A DNA stretch of 64,000 bases from a virus: positions 2,304 through 66,303 of the IMG/VR virus record IMGVR_UViG_3300003267_000132; one strand, 5' to 3'. A program made the translations under genes and the position numbers. The notes beneath the pieces were generated by a model. The model did no database searches. It saw nothing but the letters and a program-made list of their open reading frames with translations, and was not told the origin of the DNA. Each line of letters opens with the position of its first letter. Positions within the stretch are counted from its first letter, which is position 1. Positions 18,875 to 29,193 of this stretch are shown here, piece after piece.

Positions 18875-20009
18875 CAGTCCGACGGACCCGACGACCCTTG
18901 TCCGGACGCAGCACCGTCGACCGCCGCGACAGCTTGTTCGGGTTCACCGAACGCAGGAACAGGTCGACTTCGTACAGCCCCGTCTTACCTTCGTCCAAGA
19001 AGGCCATCGGGTCGAGCACGACCGCCGTCACACCCTGGCGGGTGATCTGGGTGACCCGCTCCGGCAGGTTGCACGCTCCGACCGTCTCCGGCTGACATGC
19101 CAGCGCCAGTTCGCATCCCAGCCGCGCCGCGGCGCGCATCCCCGCCACCGGCGGGGGCTGGCCGTACAGGAAGGTGACCTCCCACGTCCCGACTTCGGTC
19201 GTCGGAAGGTCCATCCGCTGGCAGCACGGCCACCCCTGCGCGTTCCCGTTCGCGTCGGCCAGACGCACCAGGTAGCGGTCGTCGTCCACGCGGTACTCCG
19301 ACGACGGCAGCACGACTCCATCCATGCGGACTTCGGTCACCCGCTGGATCGGATACGCGCCAAGGGTGATCTCGGCGATCGAGCCGCACCCGGTGCGTTC
19401 GGTCCGATTGCAGGAGCAGAACCCCCACGACGGCGACCAACTCCAAGAGCCAGGAACGGGCCAGTAGGTCCCGTAGGGTGAGTAGGCCGGAATCGGGCGG
19501 CCCCGGTCGCCAGAAGCGTGCTGCGCGCAGGGACGGACCGTCGCCTGGCAGGTGCCGGGGAACTGGCGGCCCGACAGCTGGAACAGCACGTCGCTGGCCG
19601 CTTGCAGGCAGTCCATGAGCAGCAGCGAGTCGAAGGCGTAGTCGTCGCATGGTGTGCATACGTCGGTCGTCGTCGCCCACGGCTCGCACGTGAATGCGCC
19701 GGGCGACTGGAAGCTGATCGACCCGCCGTCGACCACGTCCCACTGTTCGTTGTCACAGACCGACACGCCGTTGATCACGCCGCACCAGTGGGCCGTCCAC
19801 GCCCCCAGGGGAGCGAGGGCCGGGACCGAGTAGCTGTACTCGTAATGGCCAAGCGACAAGAAGGTAGGGGTGACCGGCCCGACAATCAGGACGTTGTTGG
19901 GGTCGAAGATCTGGATGGTCGGGTTGACCGGCGCGACCAGCGCCCCGGTGCCGTCGCGGTAGAACGCGTCAAGCACGATGGTGTTGCCGCGGGCGACTCG
20001 CTGGCTCAT
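18867..20009 (-). CDS. Head-to-tail adaptor with an extra N-terminal Ig-like segment
   Basis: AASDVLFQLSGRQF...VRPC, LPERVTQITRQGV and TGLYEVDLFL..VNP motifs of cluster-B-like adaptors. Confidence 0.8.
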   Translation of the reverse strand: MSQRVARGNTIVLDAFYRDGTGALVAPVNPTIQIFDPNNVLIVGPVTPTFLSLGHYEYSYSVPALAPLGAWTAHWCGVINGVSVCDNEQWDVVDGGSISFQSPGAFTCEPWATTTDVCTPCDDYAFDSLLLMDCLQAASDVLFQLSGRQFPGTCQATVRPCAQHASGDRGRPIPAYSPYGTYWPVPGSWSWSPSWGFCSCNRTERTGCGSIAEITLGAYPIQRVTEVRMDGVVLPSSEYRVDDDRYLVRLADANGNAQGWPCCQRMDLPTTEVGTWEVTFLYGQPPPVAGMRAAARLGCELALACQPETVGACNLPERVTQITRQGVTAVVLDPMAFLDEGKTGLYEVDLFLRSVNPNKLSRRSTVLRPDKGRRVRRTGD

Positions 20010-20299
20010 GTCCGCGCCACGTCGCAGCTCTTACACGGACAGTCGCAGGCCCCTTCATGGGTGACCATCGTCATCGCGCAGTAGTGGCGCGCCACCTGTC
20101 GAATCATGGCTTCGGTGACCTCGACGATGGTCCCGCTTTCGTCTCGCACGTACAGCATCAGGTTCAAGCCGTCGCCGTACCGGTACTTCAACTGGTTCAG
20201 GCAGTCGCCGCAGTGCATACAGACCGCCAGGTAGCTCGGTGACGCGCCAAGGTCCTGGATCTGCAGCATCCCGATCCCGGGAACGGGAATCTCACCCAC
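20006..20299 (-). CDS. Cys-rich hypothetical protein
   Basis: CxxC motifs; TAGGAT box 6 nt upstream of the GTG. Confidence 0.55.
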   Translation of the reverse strand: MGEIPVPGIGMLQIQDLGASPSYLAVCMHCGDCLNQLKYRYGDGLNLMLYVRDESGTIVEVTEAMIRQVARHYCAMTMVTHEGACDCPCKSCDVART

Positions 20300-20308
20300 G
20301 ATGCGATC

Positions 20309-20527
20309 CTACGCTGGCGCGCAGGGTCCGTACGTCTGCTGCTCCATGACGTCCAGACCCTCCAGTCGCTGCATAGTGTGAAGGCCACCGACGACCTCAA
20401 TCCGCCAGGTCGCATCCGGCAGCATGAACATCTGGCCGCACCCTGGGCAGAAGTCTTCGACTCGGGCGCTCAGGTCGATGGGGACCGGCTCCACCTCGGG
20501 CATCTTCCGCTTCCTCCTCAGCCGCAC
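20309..20527 (-). CDS. Small hypothetical protein (CPGCG)
   Basis: Fits the packed minus-strand gene order. Confidence 0.5.
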   Translation of the reverse strand: MRLRRKRKMPEVEPVPIDLSARVEDFCPGCGQMFMLPDATWRIEVVGGLHTMQRLEGLDVMEQQTYGPCAPA

Positions 20528-20850
20528 AACCGCGCGCCGTCAATGTCCAGTGCGGTGATGTCCGGGTTGAGCAGCGTCCGGGTTTCCCGCCCCTGCCGAT
20601 CGATCTCGATCGTCGCGACGACCACACCCCGCGCATTCACACCTTCGTAGGCAACTTCGTCACCGCGGCGGAGAAAGACCTCGATCCAGCCGTCCGGGTA
20701 CACCGGATAGCCGGTCGACGGCCGCACACCGGGTGCGCCCCAGTAGGTCGTGTCGCCACCCACCGATGTCAGGTACGTCACGACTCCCGGTGGGTCGCTT
20801 TCCAGCAGCGGCAGCGTGCGTACACCCGGCCTGGGTACCGGCACCTTCAC
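20518..20850 (-). CDS. Small beta-sandwich hypothetical protein
   Basis: YWG..GV.PSTGYPV resembles the C-terminal module of 26288..27847 (YIG...VTTTTGFPL). Confidence 0.55.
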   Translation of the reverse strand: MKVPVPRPGVRTLPLLESDPPGVVTYLTSVGGDTTYWGAPGVRPSTGYPVYPDGWIEVFLRRGDEVAYEGVNARGVVVATIEIDRQGRETRTLLNPDITALDIDGARLCG

Positions 20851-21437
20851 CGCTTGACCGCCTGCATCTGCACGACCATGTCGGACACCACGTTCACATA
20901 ATGGCGGATCGCGAACTCCCGGTCGCGGTCTTCAGCCCGGTCCCACGGCTCGTTGAGCATCAGGTCCATGCTGGCGATCTTGAAGTCGGCAACGATTGGG
21001 TAGTGGTCGAGCCGCTGCGATTCCCGCCACTGGCGCTGCACGTACAGGTAGCTGGCTTCGCTCATAGCGCGCAGATGAGTCGGGTCCTGCCAACAGCGGA
21101 CCGATGTCCAGTACGGGTGAATCATGGTGACGTGCGCGCCGTGGTTGCAGACCCGCCATAGCTCGTTCCAGAACTTGACGAGGTCGGGGACGTGCTCGAC
21201 GAAGTGGGAGCAGTAGACCTGACCGACCGAGTCATCCTTGAACGGCCATGGCGTCGAGAACAGGTCGGCCTGGACGTAACCGGGATCGTCAGCGGGCCAC
21301 GCGTTCGGGATCACGATGTCGACGCCGGTAAACCCCGGCTGGCGGTTCTGGCCACACCCCAGGTCCAGCCGCCATGCATCCTTGTCGATCACCAAGTAGG
21401 TGCCGTTATCCGTTGCGGCGACAGCAGTCGGGTTCAC
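20847..21437 (-). CDS. SAM-dependent methyltransferase (Methyltransf_11-like)
   Basis: LDLGCG, WPFKDDSV, SHFVEH and WQDPTH motifs. Confidence 0.85.
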   Translation of the reverse strand: MNPTAVAATDNGTYLVIDKDAWRLDLGCGQNRQPGFTGVDIVIPNAWPADDPGYVQADLFSTPWPFKDDSVGQVYCSHFVEHVPDLVKFWNELWRVCNHGAHVTMIHPYWTSVRCWQDPTHLRAMSEASYLYVQRQWRESQRLDHYPIVADFKIASMDLMLNEPWDRAEDRDREFAIRHYVNVVSDMVVQMQAVKR

Positions 21438-21748
21438 GCGACGACCGTCATATCGAGTGGTTCGGCGTAACGCATTCCCGGCGCGATGTCAGCGTGGCGG
21501 CCCGCACTGCATTCGTGGACCGACGCGCGTTTGAACACATACGGGTCGCCGGTCGACGGGTCCTTCGCGCAGAAGTCGATAGCCGCCATCCGTCGATCCT
21601 GGTCGAACTCGACCACGGTGCGCGCCCACTGCGGTCGCCGGTCCAGCGGTTGGTGCAGTTCACCGTGAGCGTCACATTCGGTGCATGACCAAGCGACGAC
21701 GGCAGCGTCTTCGCCGGTCATCTCGACCGTCAGGGTAAGGCCGGTCAT
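21434..21748 (-). CDS. Hypothetical protein
   Basis: Overlapping start and stop with neighbours. Confidence 0.55.
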   Translation of the reverse strand: MTGLTLTVEMTGEDAAVVAWSCTECDAHGELHQPLDRRPQWARTVVEFDQDRRMAAIDFCAKDPSTGDPYVFKRASVHECSAGRHADIAPGMRYAEPLDMTVVA

Positions 21749-21966
21749 TCGCCGGGCGGGGTGCCCGCGTGTTCATGGACGACTTCGCCGTCCCACTGAA
21801 ACGTGATCGTGCCGTCGTCGTCGAGCGTCGCAGTCCACCGTTCCCAGTCGGTGTCGATGATGTCCGCCCATGCCCCACACTCGCTGCACGTGAACCGCGT
21901 GAAACCGAGCAGCGGGGGTGTGATTGGCGCTGGCGCTGCGTTGAGTTCCATCACGTTCCCGTCCAC
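21745..21966 (-). CDS. Small hypothetical protein (CSECG)
   Basis: Packed gene order. Confidence 0.5.
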   Translation of the reverse strand: MDGNVMELNAAPAPITPPLLGFTRFTCSECGAWADIIDTDWERWTATLDDDGTITFQWDGEVVHEHAGTPPGE

Positions 21967-22664
21967 TGCGTCCGCGTCTCGACGGTGATGTCGTACGCCT
22001 TGGAGTTGAAGTCGAGGATGAATCCGCTGAGCATGGAGAATAGCGACGACGCCGAGTTCGCCGCGGAACCGCTGCCGCTGTTCGTGTTGTTGTGCAGCCC
22101 GTAGCGCCGGTGAATCTGGTCGGACGACGTCGGGGTGAAGTTCGTGTCGGTGATCTGGAAGCTGGCCGTGATGGTGCCGGTGTTGCCCGACAGACCGTAT
22201 GACGGGCCTGAAACGAACGTGTTGGTGACGAATCGCACGAAGTGGGTCGTGGCGTTGGTGCCGGTGTTGAACTGGTGGGTCGAGTTCGCGACCGCCGCCG
22301 TCCCGGAGTCCACCCCGCCACCGACGACGCCGCCTGCGTTGGATGACGTGCCGCCGCCGCCAGGAATGTTCGACATCTGGAATGTGCGCCGGGCTGCGAT
22401 CTCCAAGCCGCTGTTGACGGCGAGGTTGTGTTCGGCGGGCAGGTAGAGCGCGCCGTCATAGATCAGCGGGTCGCGTCCGAACCAGTCCAGTTCAACGGCG
22501 TCGACGAGTTCCTTCAGCGTCGAACGTCCGTCGACTGGCTTGATGCGCGCACCGAAGACGACGCCCTTGTCGACACCGCCCTGACGCATCTCGGCGCGGA
22601 CCGTCGCTTCCGCTTCGGCCCAGGCCCCGGCGATGCGGTCAAGGACTCCTACGTCGTCTCGCAT
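21951..22664 (-). CDS. Hypothetical protein with a Ser/Thr/Asn/Gly-rich C-terminal domain
   Basis: Coherent ORF with a composition like virion appendage proteins. Confidence 0.6.
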   Translation of the reverse strand: MRDDVGVLDRIAGAWAEAEATVRAEMRQGGVDKGVVFGARIKPVDGRSTLKELVDAVELDWFGRDPLIYDGALYLPAEHNLAVNSGLEIAARRTFQMSNIPGGGGTSSNAGGVVGGGVDSGTAAVANSTHQFNTGTNATTHFVRFVTNTFVSGPSYGLSGNTGTITASFQITDTNFTPTSSDQIHRRYGLHNNTNSGSGSAANSASSLFSMLSGFILDFNSKAYDITVETRTQWTGT

Positions 22665-23455
22665 GGCTGTGCTCCTTCGCAGCCAGGGCAGTGCCCCGGT
22701 GAGTCCTCATGGAAGCCGTGGTGCTCGCAGAACCAGCCGTCGCGGGTCGCGACGCGCAGGTAGCCGGTGAAATGTCCGCGGTGGATGGGCAGGACCGCCA
22801 TGTGGGCGCACTCGATGTCGGGGAGTGCCCATACGTCGATCCCCATGTCGCGCACGCGGTCGAAGAACCAGACGTCTTCACCCATCGCTTCGCCGTTGCG
22901 CGGGTCGATGTTCTGCACGAACCACAACTCGTCGTCGAACTTGTCGCGCATGTTGCGGAGCAGGTCGATCCGCATGAGCACCGCACCCAGCCCGAGACCC
23001 CCGACGCGGCATGGGTTGGGTTCGTCGACGATGCCCCAGTAGGGGCGGATCTTCTTCGGTTCCTCCGGGGGCCAGAGCCACGTGACCGGCTCGAACGGCG
23101 GGTGCTTCTTGTAGTACACGCCGCCGCACACCTGCTCCCCGGAATCGAGCAGGAACCGCGCCATCGCCGCGACCCCGGCAGGTGGGATGCAGGTGTCCTG
23201 GTCGGTCCACATCACCAAGTCGGCGTTGGACCCGCAGGCGAAGCGGGCAAGACTGTTGCGGGACACGTCGATATACGGCATCCCGCCATCTTGCGCGTCG
23301 ATGTCGAACCCTTCATGCAGGGTGCGGATCTTGACCGCGGTGTCGGCCATGTCGGCTGGCGGGAAGGTTCCGCCATAGAGCGGGCGGACGAACAGGATCT
23401 TGGCGATACCCGGCGTCCGTTCCGGCGGGTCGGCAGGCGCTTCCAAGAAGTTCAT
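22649..23455 (-). CDS. GT-A (GT2-like) glycosyltransferase
   Basis: SRN, WTDQD (DxD), GGVYYKK, GLGAVL, GEDVWF and C.H motifs. Confidence 0.85.
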   Translation of the reverse strand: MNFLEAPADPPERTPGIAKILFVRPLYGGTFPPADMADTAVKIRTLHEGFDIDAQDGGMPYIDVSRNSLARFACGSNADLVMWTDQDTCIPPAGVAAMARFLLDSGEQVCGGVYYKKHPPFEPVTWLWPPEEPKKIRPYWGIVDEPNPCRVGGLGLGAVLMRIDLLRNMRDKFDDELWFVQNIDPRNGEAMGEDVWFFDRVRDMGIDVWALPDIECAHMAVLPIHRGHFTGYLRVATRDGWFCEHHGFHEDSPGHCPGCEGAQPCETT

Positions 23456-24324
23456 CGGGGTCGCCGCCGCAGGAGCCGCCGCCAGCGCGGGCGGCCGTCA
23501 TGCAGGACCGTCCCGTCGTTCATCTTCAGCACCACGCCATCACCGGGCCGCAACCCGCCCGGTACGCGGATATCGAGGCCGATCTGTGTACCGATTCCCG
23601 CCGTCCCGTAGAGGTTGGTCGACGCGTCCGATCCCGATTCGTCAGGCATGGCCGCATCGTACCGACCTGGCGGGGTACTGGCGGGGATCACAGTTTGAGC
23701 ACGATCTGACCGACACCCAACCCGACGGTCACCTGGTGGGCGCAGAGGAGCATGTTGTGAACGAAGACGACGCCACTGACCGTCGTGGCAGAGTCGATTT
23801 CGGTGACGATCATGGGCCATACCGACGCCAGGCTCACACCGAGAGGGGTCGACGGGCTGGCGTGTGGGACTTGGACACTGCCATGCCGATGGGGATTGTT
23901 GATGACGTCGACGTCTGCCGCAGTCAGCTTGTAGTACGCGATTGCACCAAGCGCGGGGAGGGCCATCAGGTGTTGACCGCCGCGAACGGCAACCCGCACA
24001 CCGGGCACTTGGCGTCGATCACCAAGACGCCGTTCTCGATGAGCGCGTCGATCCGTGTGGCGTCGGACTCGTAGACGTGTCCGGTCGGGCACTGGATCTT
24101 CTGCGCCATGATCAGACCCCGTACAGGTTGTCGAAGTAGGCGACGACCTCGGCAACGGTCGCGTCGGGATTGTCCGCTTCGACGTGGCTCACGCAGTATC
24201 GGACGCGGCGCGCCAAGTCGGCTTCGGGATCGACTTCGATGATCAACGGTTGGCCGGTGTCGGTGCCGTCGTTGATGTAGCTGACGACACCTGTCGTTGG
24301 ATCGGTCGCTTTCAACCACGCCAT
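23452..24324 (-). other. Four small hypothetical genes (23452-23649, 23688-23966, 23966-24109, 24112-24324)
   Basis: Starts re-assigned by hand from internal ATGs and stop/start overlaps. Confidence 0.5.
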
Positions 24325-26288
24325 CAGAACAGCACCAGGAAGATGTCGTCGAACCATTCGACCGAGGCGGTGCTGGACTCAAGCCACGAGAACCCGAAGA
24401 ACCCGGTCGCCGCGGCGGGTGTCCCTCGCTTCGATGCGTCCCCCGGCTCGTCGGCGAAGATGCTCGTCCAGGTTCCCGCGCCGCTGAGTCGCCGGATCGT
24501 CAGCCTGCCACCGGTCCGCTCGTCGGCAAGCCATGACAGCCACCACAGGTCGGACACCTTGTCCTGCGTGCCGTTCGGTGTCATGCCGAGTCCCGCGCCG
24601 GTCACGGTTTTGAGGACGTTCACGCCGCCCCCGCTGTCGATCACGTCGAGTTCGACGGCGTCGTTGGCGGCACCGGTGCCGTAGGTGATGTCGAGCCGGT
24701 AGGACGAGTTCTCCGAGTTGTTCGCCGCTGCCCACCAGCGGAACTGGACCGTGTTGGTGCCCGCCGCGGGTCGGGTGGTGCCGGTGCGGAAGAACGCTTC
24801 GAACGACCCGGTGTGCTGGAGCGTCGTCGTGTTCACCTTCGACGCGGCGGTGGTCGAGCCATTGGCGAGACGGCGACTGGCGGTGGTCGGGAGCGAGCCG
24901 GTGATGAGGGTGTACGCGAGCGACGTGCCACCCGAGTTCGCCAACTCACGGCTGATCGTCGGCGCGCTCAGGTTGGAGTCGCGCAGCACGATCATCCAGA
25001 CCGCGCCGTCGAAGTGCGCTCGACCGGCGACGGCGGCGCCGGTGGCGTGGCGCATCGACACGTAGCCGCCGTTGATCAGGTCGTTGAGTCCGGTGAGGGT
25101 TGCCGCGACGCCGTCAACGTCGGTGCGCGCCGTCTCGGCGGTGGCGTTGTTGGTGTCGAGCAGTGGACACCAGATTGAAGCGTTGGTGTCCTGGTTGTCG
25201 ACGGCGGCACCCGCCAGCGGCACCGCGAACGTCGCGCGCGCCGTGGCCGCCGCGCCCGCCTTGATTTGGTACGTGTAGGTGCCGAGCGCGTCCGCGTCGG
25301 TCGCACCCGACAGGAAGATGCGCGTCAGCGACGGGATCCATGTCCAGCCAGTGATGGACGTGAGCGTGGTGATCGACACCTGCAACTCACCGCTCGTGTT
25401 GGTGCCAATCGCGTCGTCGGCGGTCGTATTGTCGGGCTTGCCGGTGGCGTTGGCGTCACTGTTCCAGTTGGTGGACACGTCGTTGGTGGTCGTGCCGTAG
25501 AGGAACAGCACCGCGAGTCGATGTGATGCACCCACGACACCGACCGCGCCGACCGGCTCGATGATCTTGTTGAACCGCAGGATCGAATCGCCAGCAACAT
25601 TGATGGTTCCGAAGACCGGGTTGACGAGAGGCTTGAACGGGTTCCAGCGCAGCACCGTGTCGCCGCCGACGACGACGTCGCCGGTGCGCAACACGAACGG
25701 CTTGGCACGGAAAACCGTTTCGGATGCGATCGCTATCGCTCCGAATAGTGCACGGAGCGGGTTGTACCGCAGCACCGTGTCGCCACCGATGTTGATCGCG
25801 CTTGTCAAGCCGAGCACGTCGATCCCGTTGAGCGACGCGAACTCGGCGTCGATGTTGACCGTACCGGTCTGAATCGCGAGCGGCTTCCAGCGCAAAACCG
25901 TTTCGGAACCGACATTCACGGTGCCGACGCTCTGAATGATCTTGTTGTACCGGGCGGTCGTGTCACCCTGGATGCCGACAACACCGACCGTTTCGGGAAT
26001 GAATGGCTTCCAGCGCAGCGTGTCTTCGCCGCCGATATTGACGGTGCCGACGTTCTCGATCGTGTTCTTGTACCGCAGCTGTGTCTCGCCCTGAATGTTG
26101 TTGACGCCGAAGCGGCCGCGGGTCGCGTCGGTGTTGCCGGGCAGGAACGGTTTCCACCGCAGAATGTCCATCTGCGCGGTGACTCGACCGACGTCGAAGA
26201 ACAAGTCGGCTGGGTCGGGTGGGCATGGCGTCGTACCACCGCCGCCGACCGACGGGGTGCGGCTGCGGATCCGGGTGCGGATACCCAT
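24324..26288 (-). CDS. Repeat-containing virion appendage-like protein
   Basis: About ten ~20-aa repeats (G.V.I.G.T.LR[WY].P) followed by Thr/Ala-rich beta domains. Confidence 0.75.
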   Translation of the reverse strand: MGIRTRIRSRTPSVGGGGTTPCPPDPADLFFDVGRVTAQMDILRWKPFLPGNTDATRGRFGVNNIQGETQLRYKNTIENVGTVNIGGEDTLRWKPFIPETVGVVGIQGDTTARYNKIIQSVGTVNVGSETVLRWKPLAIQTGTVNIDAEFASLNGIDVLGLTSAINIGGDTVLRYNPLRALFGAIAIASETVFRAKPFVLRTGDVVVGGDTVLRWNPFKPLVNPVFGTINVAGDSILRFNKIIEPVGAVGVVGASHRLAVLFLYGTTTNDVSTNWNSDANATGKPDNTTADDAIGTNTSGELQVSITTLTSITGWTWIPSLTRIFLSGATDADALGTYTYQIKAGAAATARATFAVPLAGAAVDNQDTNASIWCPLLDTNNATAETARTDVDGVAATLTGLNDLINGGYVSMRHATGAAVAGRAHFDGAVWMIVLRDSNLSAPTISRELANSGGTSLAYTLITGSLPTTASRRLANGSTTAASKVNTTTLQHTGSFEAFFRTGTTRPAAGTNTVQFRWWAAANNSENSSYRLDITYGTGAANDAVELDVIDSGGGVNVLKTVTGAGLGMTPNGTQDKVSDLWWLSWLADERTGGRLTIRRLSGAGTWTSIFADEPGDASKRGTPAAATGFFGFSWLESSTASVEWFDDIFLVLF

Positions 26289-27847
26289 TAGGCGACTTCC
26301 ATGACCGACAGCCGCGAACTTGAACCCGAGTTGCTGATCGCCCAGATGTCGACGGTGCCGCCGCTGTCATTCTGGTCGGAGAGTTCGATGTCGACCGAGT
26401 CGCCCACGGAGAGCGGGAACCCCGTCGTCGTCGTCACCGACGCTGACGTACCGATGTAGATCACGACGTTGTTGCCGTTGTCCGGGTTCGCCTTCAGCGT
26501 GATCGTCTTCGCCTGCGCGAGCGACCTCGACACCTGCACGGAGCTTGTGCCAACGGCTTGCTGGTTGGTGGCGAACTGGGTGAGCGGCAGGATGTCGGTG
26601 CGGGTGACTTCGCCGGAGAATGTGTTGCGGGGGACGCGCTGGTTGAGAGGAACCGCGACCGGCTGCAGGCGAGATCCATCGAACTGGGTCTGCAGATGGA
26701 ACGTTCCGGTCTGCGCTCCGGTGCTCGTGTTGGTGTAGGAGACCCGGACGTAGCGAGCGATGACGGGGACCGAGAAGTGTTGACCACCAGCAGCTGCGAA
26801 GTAGGTGAACCTGAACGGGCGGTCCAGAGTGACGCCGTCGCTTGAGTAGTCGATGACGATGCCGTCGACCGCGCTGTCGACGCTGGCGTTGATCACGACG
26901 GTCAGGGACACGTAGTTGAGAGCGTCGACGAAGGCACCGGTGAAGGTGGCACCAGCCCCGAGCAGGGCTGTGGTGGAGTTCTCGTTGCTGATCTTCGCTG
27001 GGCGCAGCGCGCCGATGGCGGAGGCGCGCCAGCTCGACGTGCCGAGTGTGATGTTGGTCGCACCCGATGTCTTCGCGACCGCCGCGCGCAAGGGCAGAGT
27101 TGGGTCCGCGATGGAGGGGTTCGCCGAGAGGTTCGGCTGGCGGACGACGTGCATTACCAGCCAGTCGCCGTCGGGTGACATCACCTCGAAGAGGATGACG
27201 GCCGCGCCGAGCCATCCGAACCGGATGCGGAACACGTTCTCTTTGGTCGGGTCGAGTGCCTCGACGACGCCGCCCCGTGTGAAGTTCGAGGTCGCACCGC
27301 CGTCGCACTTGTCGCCGTTCCAGGAGGTCTGCGCCGTGAACGTGTCGGCCCCAGCGTTGCGGACGAGCACCGAGAACGAGGTGCCGTTATAGCCGACCGC
27401 GAATCCGTTGTTGGCGTCGAAGAGGCCGATCAGCGCTGTTGAGTTCGCTGCAGGTGTGCTCCACACGCCGGTGAAGAGGGCTTGGGTTTCGTGGCCGGGC
27501 CGGTAGTCGACGGAGTCGCGCGTCTGGATGGCGGCCGCACCGGTCGCGCCCGTGGACGAGGCTAGGTTGATGCGGGCGTTCGACGACGTGACCGTGCCGC
27601 CGCCGGACACCGTCTGGTCGACGAGGTTCCCAGCGCTCGCGACCGAGAAGTCGATGCTGATGTCGTCGGCTTCGAACCCGATGACCTGAGCGCCGAAGAT
27701 GGCCCTGTCGCCGTGGGGTGCTCGAAACCGTTCGAGGAATCGCGAGCTGGAGACGATGAGGGGGTTGGTGTCGACGCCCTTCTCGATCCCGTTGATCTCG
27801 TCCCAGATCGAGACGTTCTCGGTCGCCTTCGTTCGGACGTCGGGCAT
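26288..27847 (-). CDS. Lectin/beta-sandwich virion protein (fiber or spike-like)
   Basis: Thr/Ser/Gly-rich; DYRPG, IGLFD and FGWLG motifs; modular structure. Confidence 0.6.
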   Translation of the reverse strand: MPDVRTKATENVSIWDEINGIEKGVDTNPLIVSSSRFLERFRAPHGDRAIFGAQVIGFEADDISIDFSVASAGNLVDQTVSGGGTVTSSNARINLASSTGATGAAAIQTRDSVDYRPGHETQALFTGVWSTPAANSTALIGLFDANNGFAVGYNGTSFSVLVRNAGADTFTAQTSWNGDKCDGGATSNFTRGGVVEALDPTKENVFRIRFGWLGAAVILFEVMSPDGDWLVMHVVRQPNLSANPSIADPTLPLRAAVAKTSGATNITLGTSSWRASAIGALRPAKISNENSTTALLGAGATFTGAFVDALNYVSLTVVINASVDSAVDGIVIDYSSDGVTLDRPFRFTYFAAAGGQHFSVPVIARYVRVSYTNTSTGAQTGTFHLQTQFDGSRLQPVAVPLNQRVPRNTFSGEVTRTDILPLTQFATNQQAVGTSSVQVSRSLAQAKTITLKANPDNGNNVVIYIGTSASVTTTTGFPLSVGDSVDIELSDQNDSGGTVDIWAISNSGSSSRLSVMEVA

Positions 27848-27850
27848 CGG

Positions 27851-27985
27851 TTACTTCTCTCGGTCGCGCTTCGCTGCGTCTGCTTCCGCGACGACGCCGT
27901 CCGCGATGGCCTCCAGCGCCCGCACCACCGGATCGGCGATCCGCTCCACGACCTTGATGAGGCGATCGATCTGCGATGGCGACAT
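27851..27985 (-). CDS. 44-aa hypothetical protein
   Basis: TGATG overlap with the upstream gene; amphipathic helix. Confidence 0.5.
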   Translation of the reverse strand: MSPSQIDRLIKVVERIADPVVRALEAIADGVVAEADAAKRDREK

Positions 27986-29193
27986 CAGACCTCGACCCAG
28001 GTCACGGTGCCGTAGACGTCGGCGGCTTGGATCGGGTCCATGTTTGTGACCAGTACGCGAAGCTTGTTGCCAGCACCGGACGCTTGGGTGATTTCGTCGG
28101 GGTCCTTGGGCTGATAGGTGAACGGCTCGCCAGCTTCCACGAACCACGTCCGCTTGGTCGTGCCGGTCGACGCGGTGAAGGTCTGCGCTTCGACCTTCAG
28201 CCGCACCGACGAGGTCGCTGTGATTTCGATGAGCTTGCCGGTCCCGGACCCGATGTCGGCAGGGGCCAGCGCGACCGACGCACCGGCGGCCAACGATGCG
28301 CTCGTCAACTGTCCCGAGTCGACAAGCGTGCCGCGGGTTGCCTGTACGTCGACGGGGATGGGGTTGCTGACGGTGATGTCGCCGTTGGCGTTCTTGAGTC
28401 GGGTCCAGATGGCACCCGATGAGTCGGTGGCCAGCGGCGTGTAGTCCAGGTCGGTCGACGTGAGCGCGGCAAGTGCGTCGTTGCGGACACCGAGCGCGAA
28501 CGATCCGATGTCACCGCTGGCGTGCCCTGCGTCTTCGGTCTTCTCGGCTCGCGCGAACAGTCGCCCCGCGCTGTCGATGCTGACTGCGCCGAAGTCGCCA
28601 TCGGTCGACGTCTGCGCTGCCTGATTGTCGTTGCGGACCCCCAGGATCGCGGCTCCGAAGAACCCGGACGCCGCGGCGGCGTCTTCCTGCTGCTCGATGG
28701 ACGGGATCAGCCGCCCGGCGCTGTCGATGGCGAACCCACCGAAGTCGCCATCGGTCGACGTCAGGCCAGCGCGGGCGTCGTTGCGGACACCAAGGGTCGG
28801 TACGCCAATGAAGGCGTTGCCAGCCGCGTTGTCTTCGACGGCAGAGGCGCGGATGCCGACCCGGCCAGCGGAGTCGATCTGGATTGCGCCATAGTCACCG
28901 TCGGTGTCGGTCAGCGTGGCGGAAGCGTCATTGCGGACACCGAGGATGAACATGCCGCGGTCACCGGATGCGGACGCGGCGTCTTCGGCCTTGGTGGCGT
29001 CGCTGGTGCTGGCCAGCGACACCCGCATCGCACCAGACAGGTCGACCGACAGCAGGACCTGACGACCTTCCGTGTAGGAGGGCGCGGCGGCGTTGGCGAC
29101 AGCGGTCAGCGCGGCGACGTGGTCGCTGGTCGGCGCAGCGGCGTTGTTGGTCTTGCGGCCTTCGATCGGGAGCGGCCTGTTGGTATCAGCCAC
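27985..29193 (-). CDS. Fiber-like protein with four 50-aa tandem repeats
   Basis: ED.A..SG..G...LGVRND....T.TDGD.....DS.G occurs four times. Confidence 0.8.
   Translation of the reverse strand: MADTNRPLPIEGRKTNNAAAPTSDHVAALTAVANAAAPSYTEGRQVLLSVDLSGAMRVSLASTSDATKAEDAASASGDRGMFILGVRNDASATLTDTDGDYGAIQIDSAGRVGIRASAVEDNAAGNAFIGVPTLGVRNDARAGLTSTDGDFGGFAIDSAGRLIPSIEQQEDAAAASGFFGAAILGVRNDNQAAQTSTDGDFGAVSIDSAGRLFARAEKTEDAGHASGDIGSFALGVRNDALAALTSTDLDYTPLATDSSGAIWTRLKNANGDITVSNPIPVDVQATRGTLVDSGQLTSASLAAGASVALAPADIGSGTGKLIEITATSSVRLKVEAQTFTASTGTTKRTWFVEAGEPFTYQPKDPDEITQASGAGNKLRVLVTNMDPIQAADVYGTVTWVEV
28400..28990 (-). repeat. Four 150-nt coding tandem repeats
   Basis: ttgcggac recurs at 28481, 28631, 28781 and 28931 (exact 150-nt period). 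Confidence 0.9.

Noticed and set aside
28400-28990. Regularly spaced repeats as a CRISPR array or DGR template
   Set aside because: They are in-frame 150-nt coding repeats with synonymous divergence. No cas or reverse transcriptase gene is in the window.
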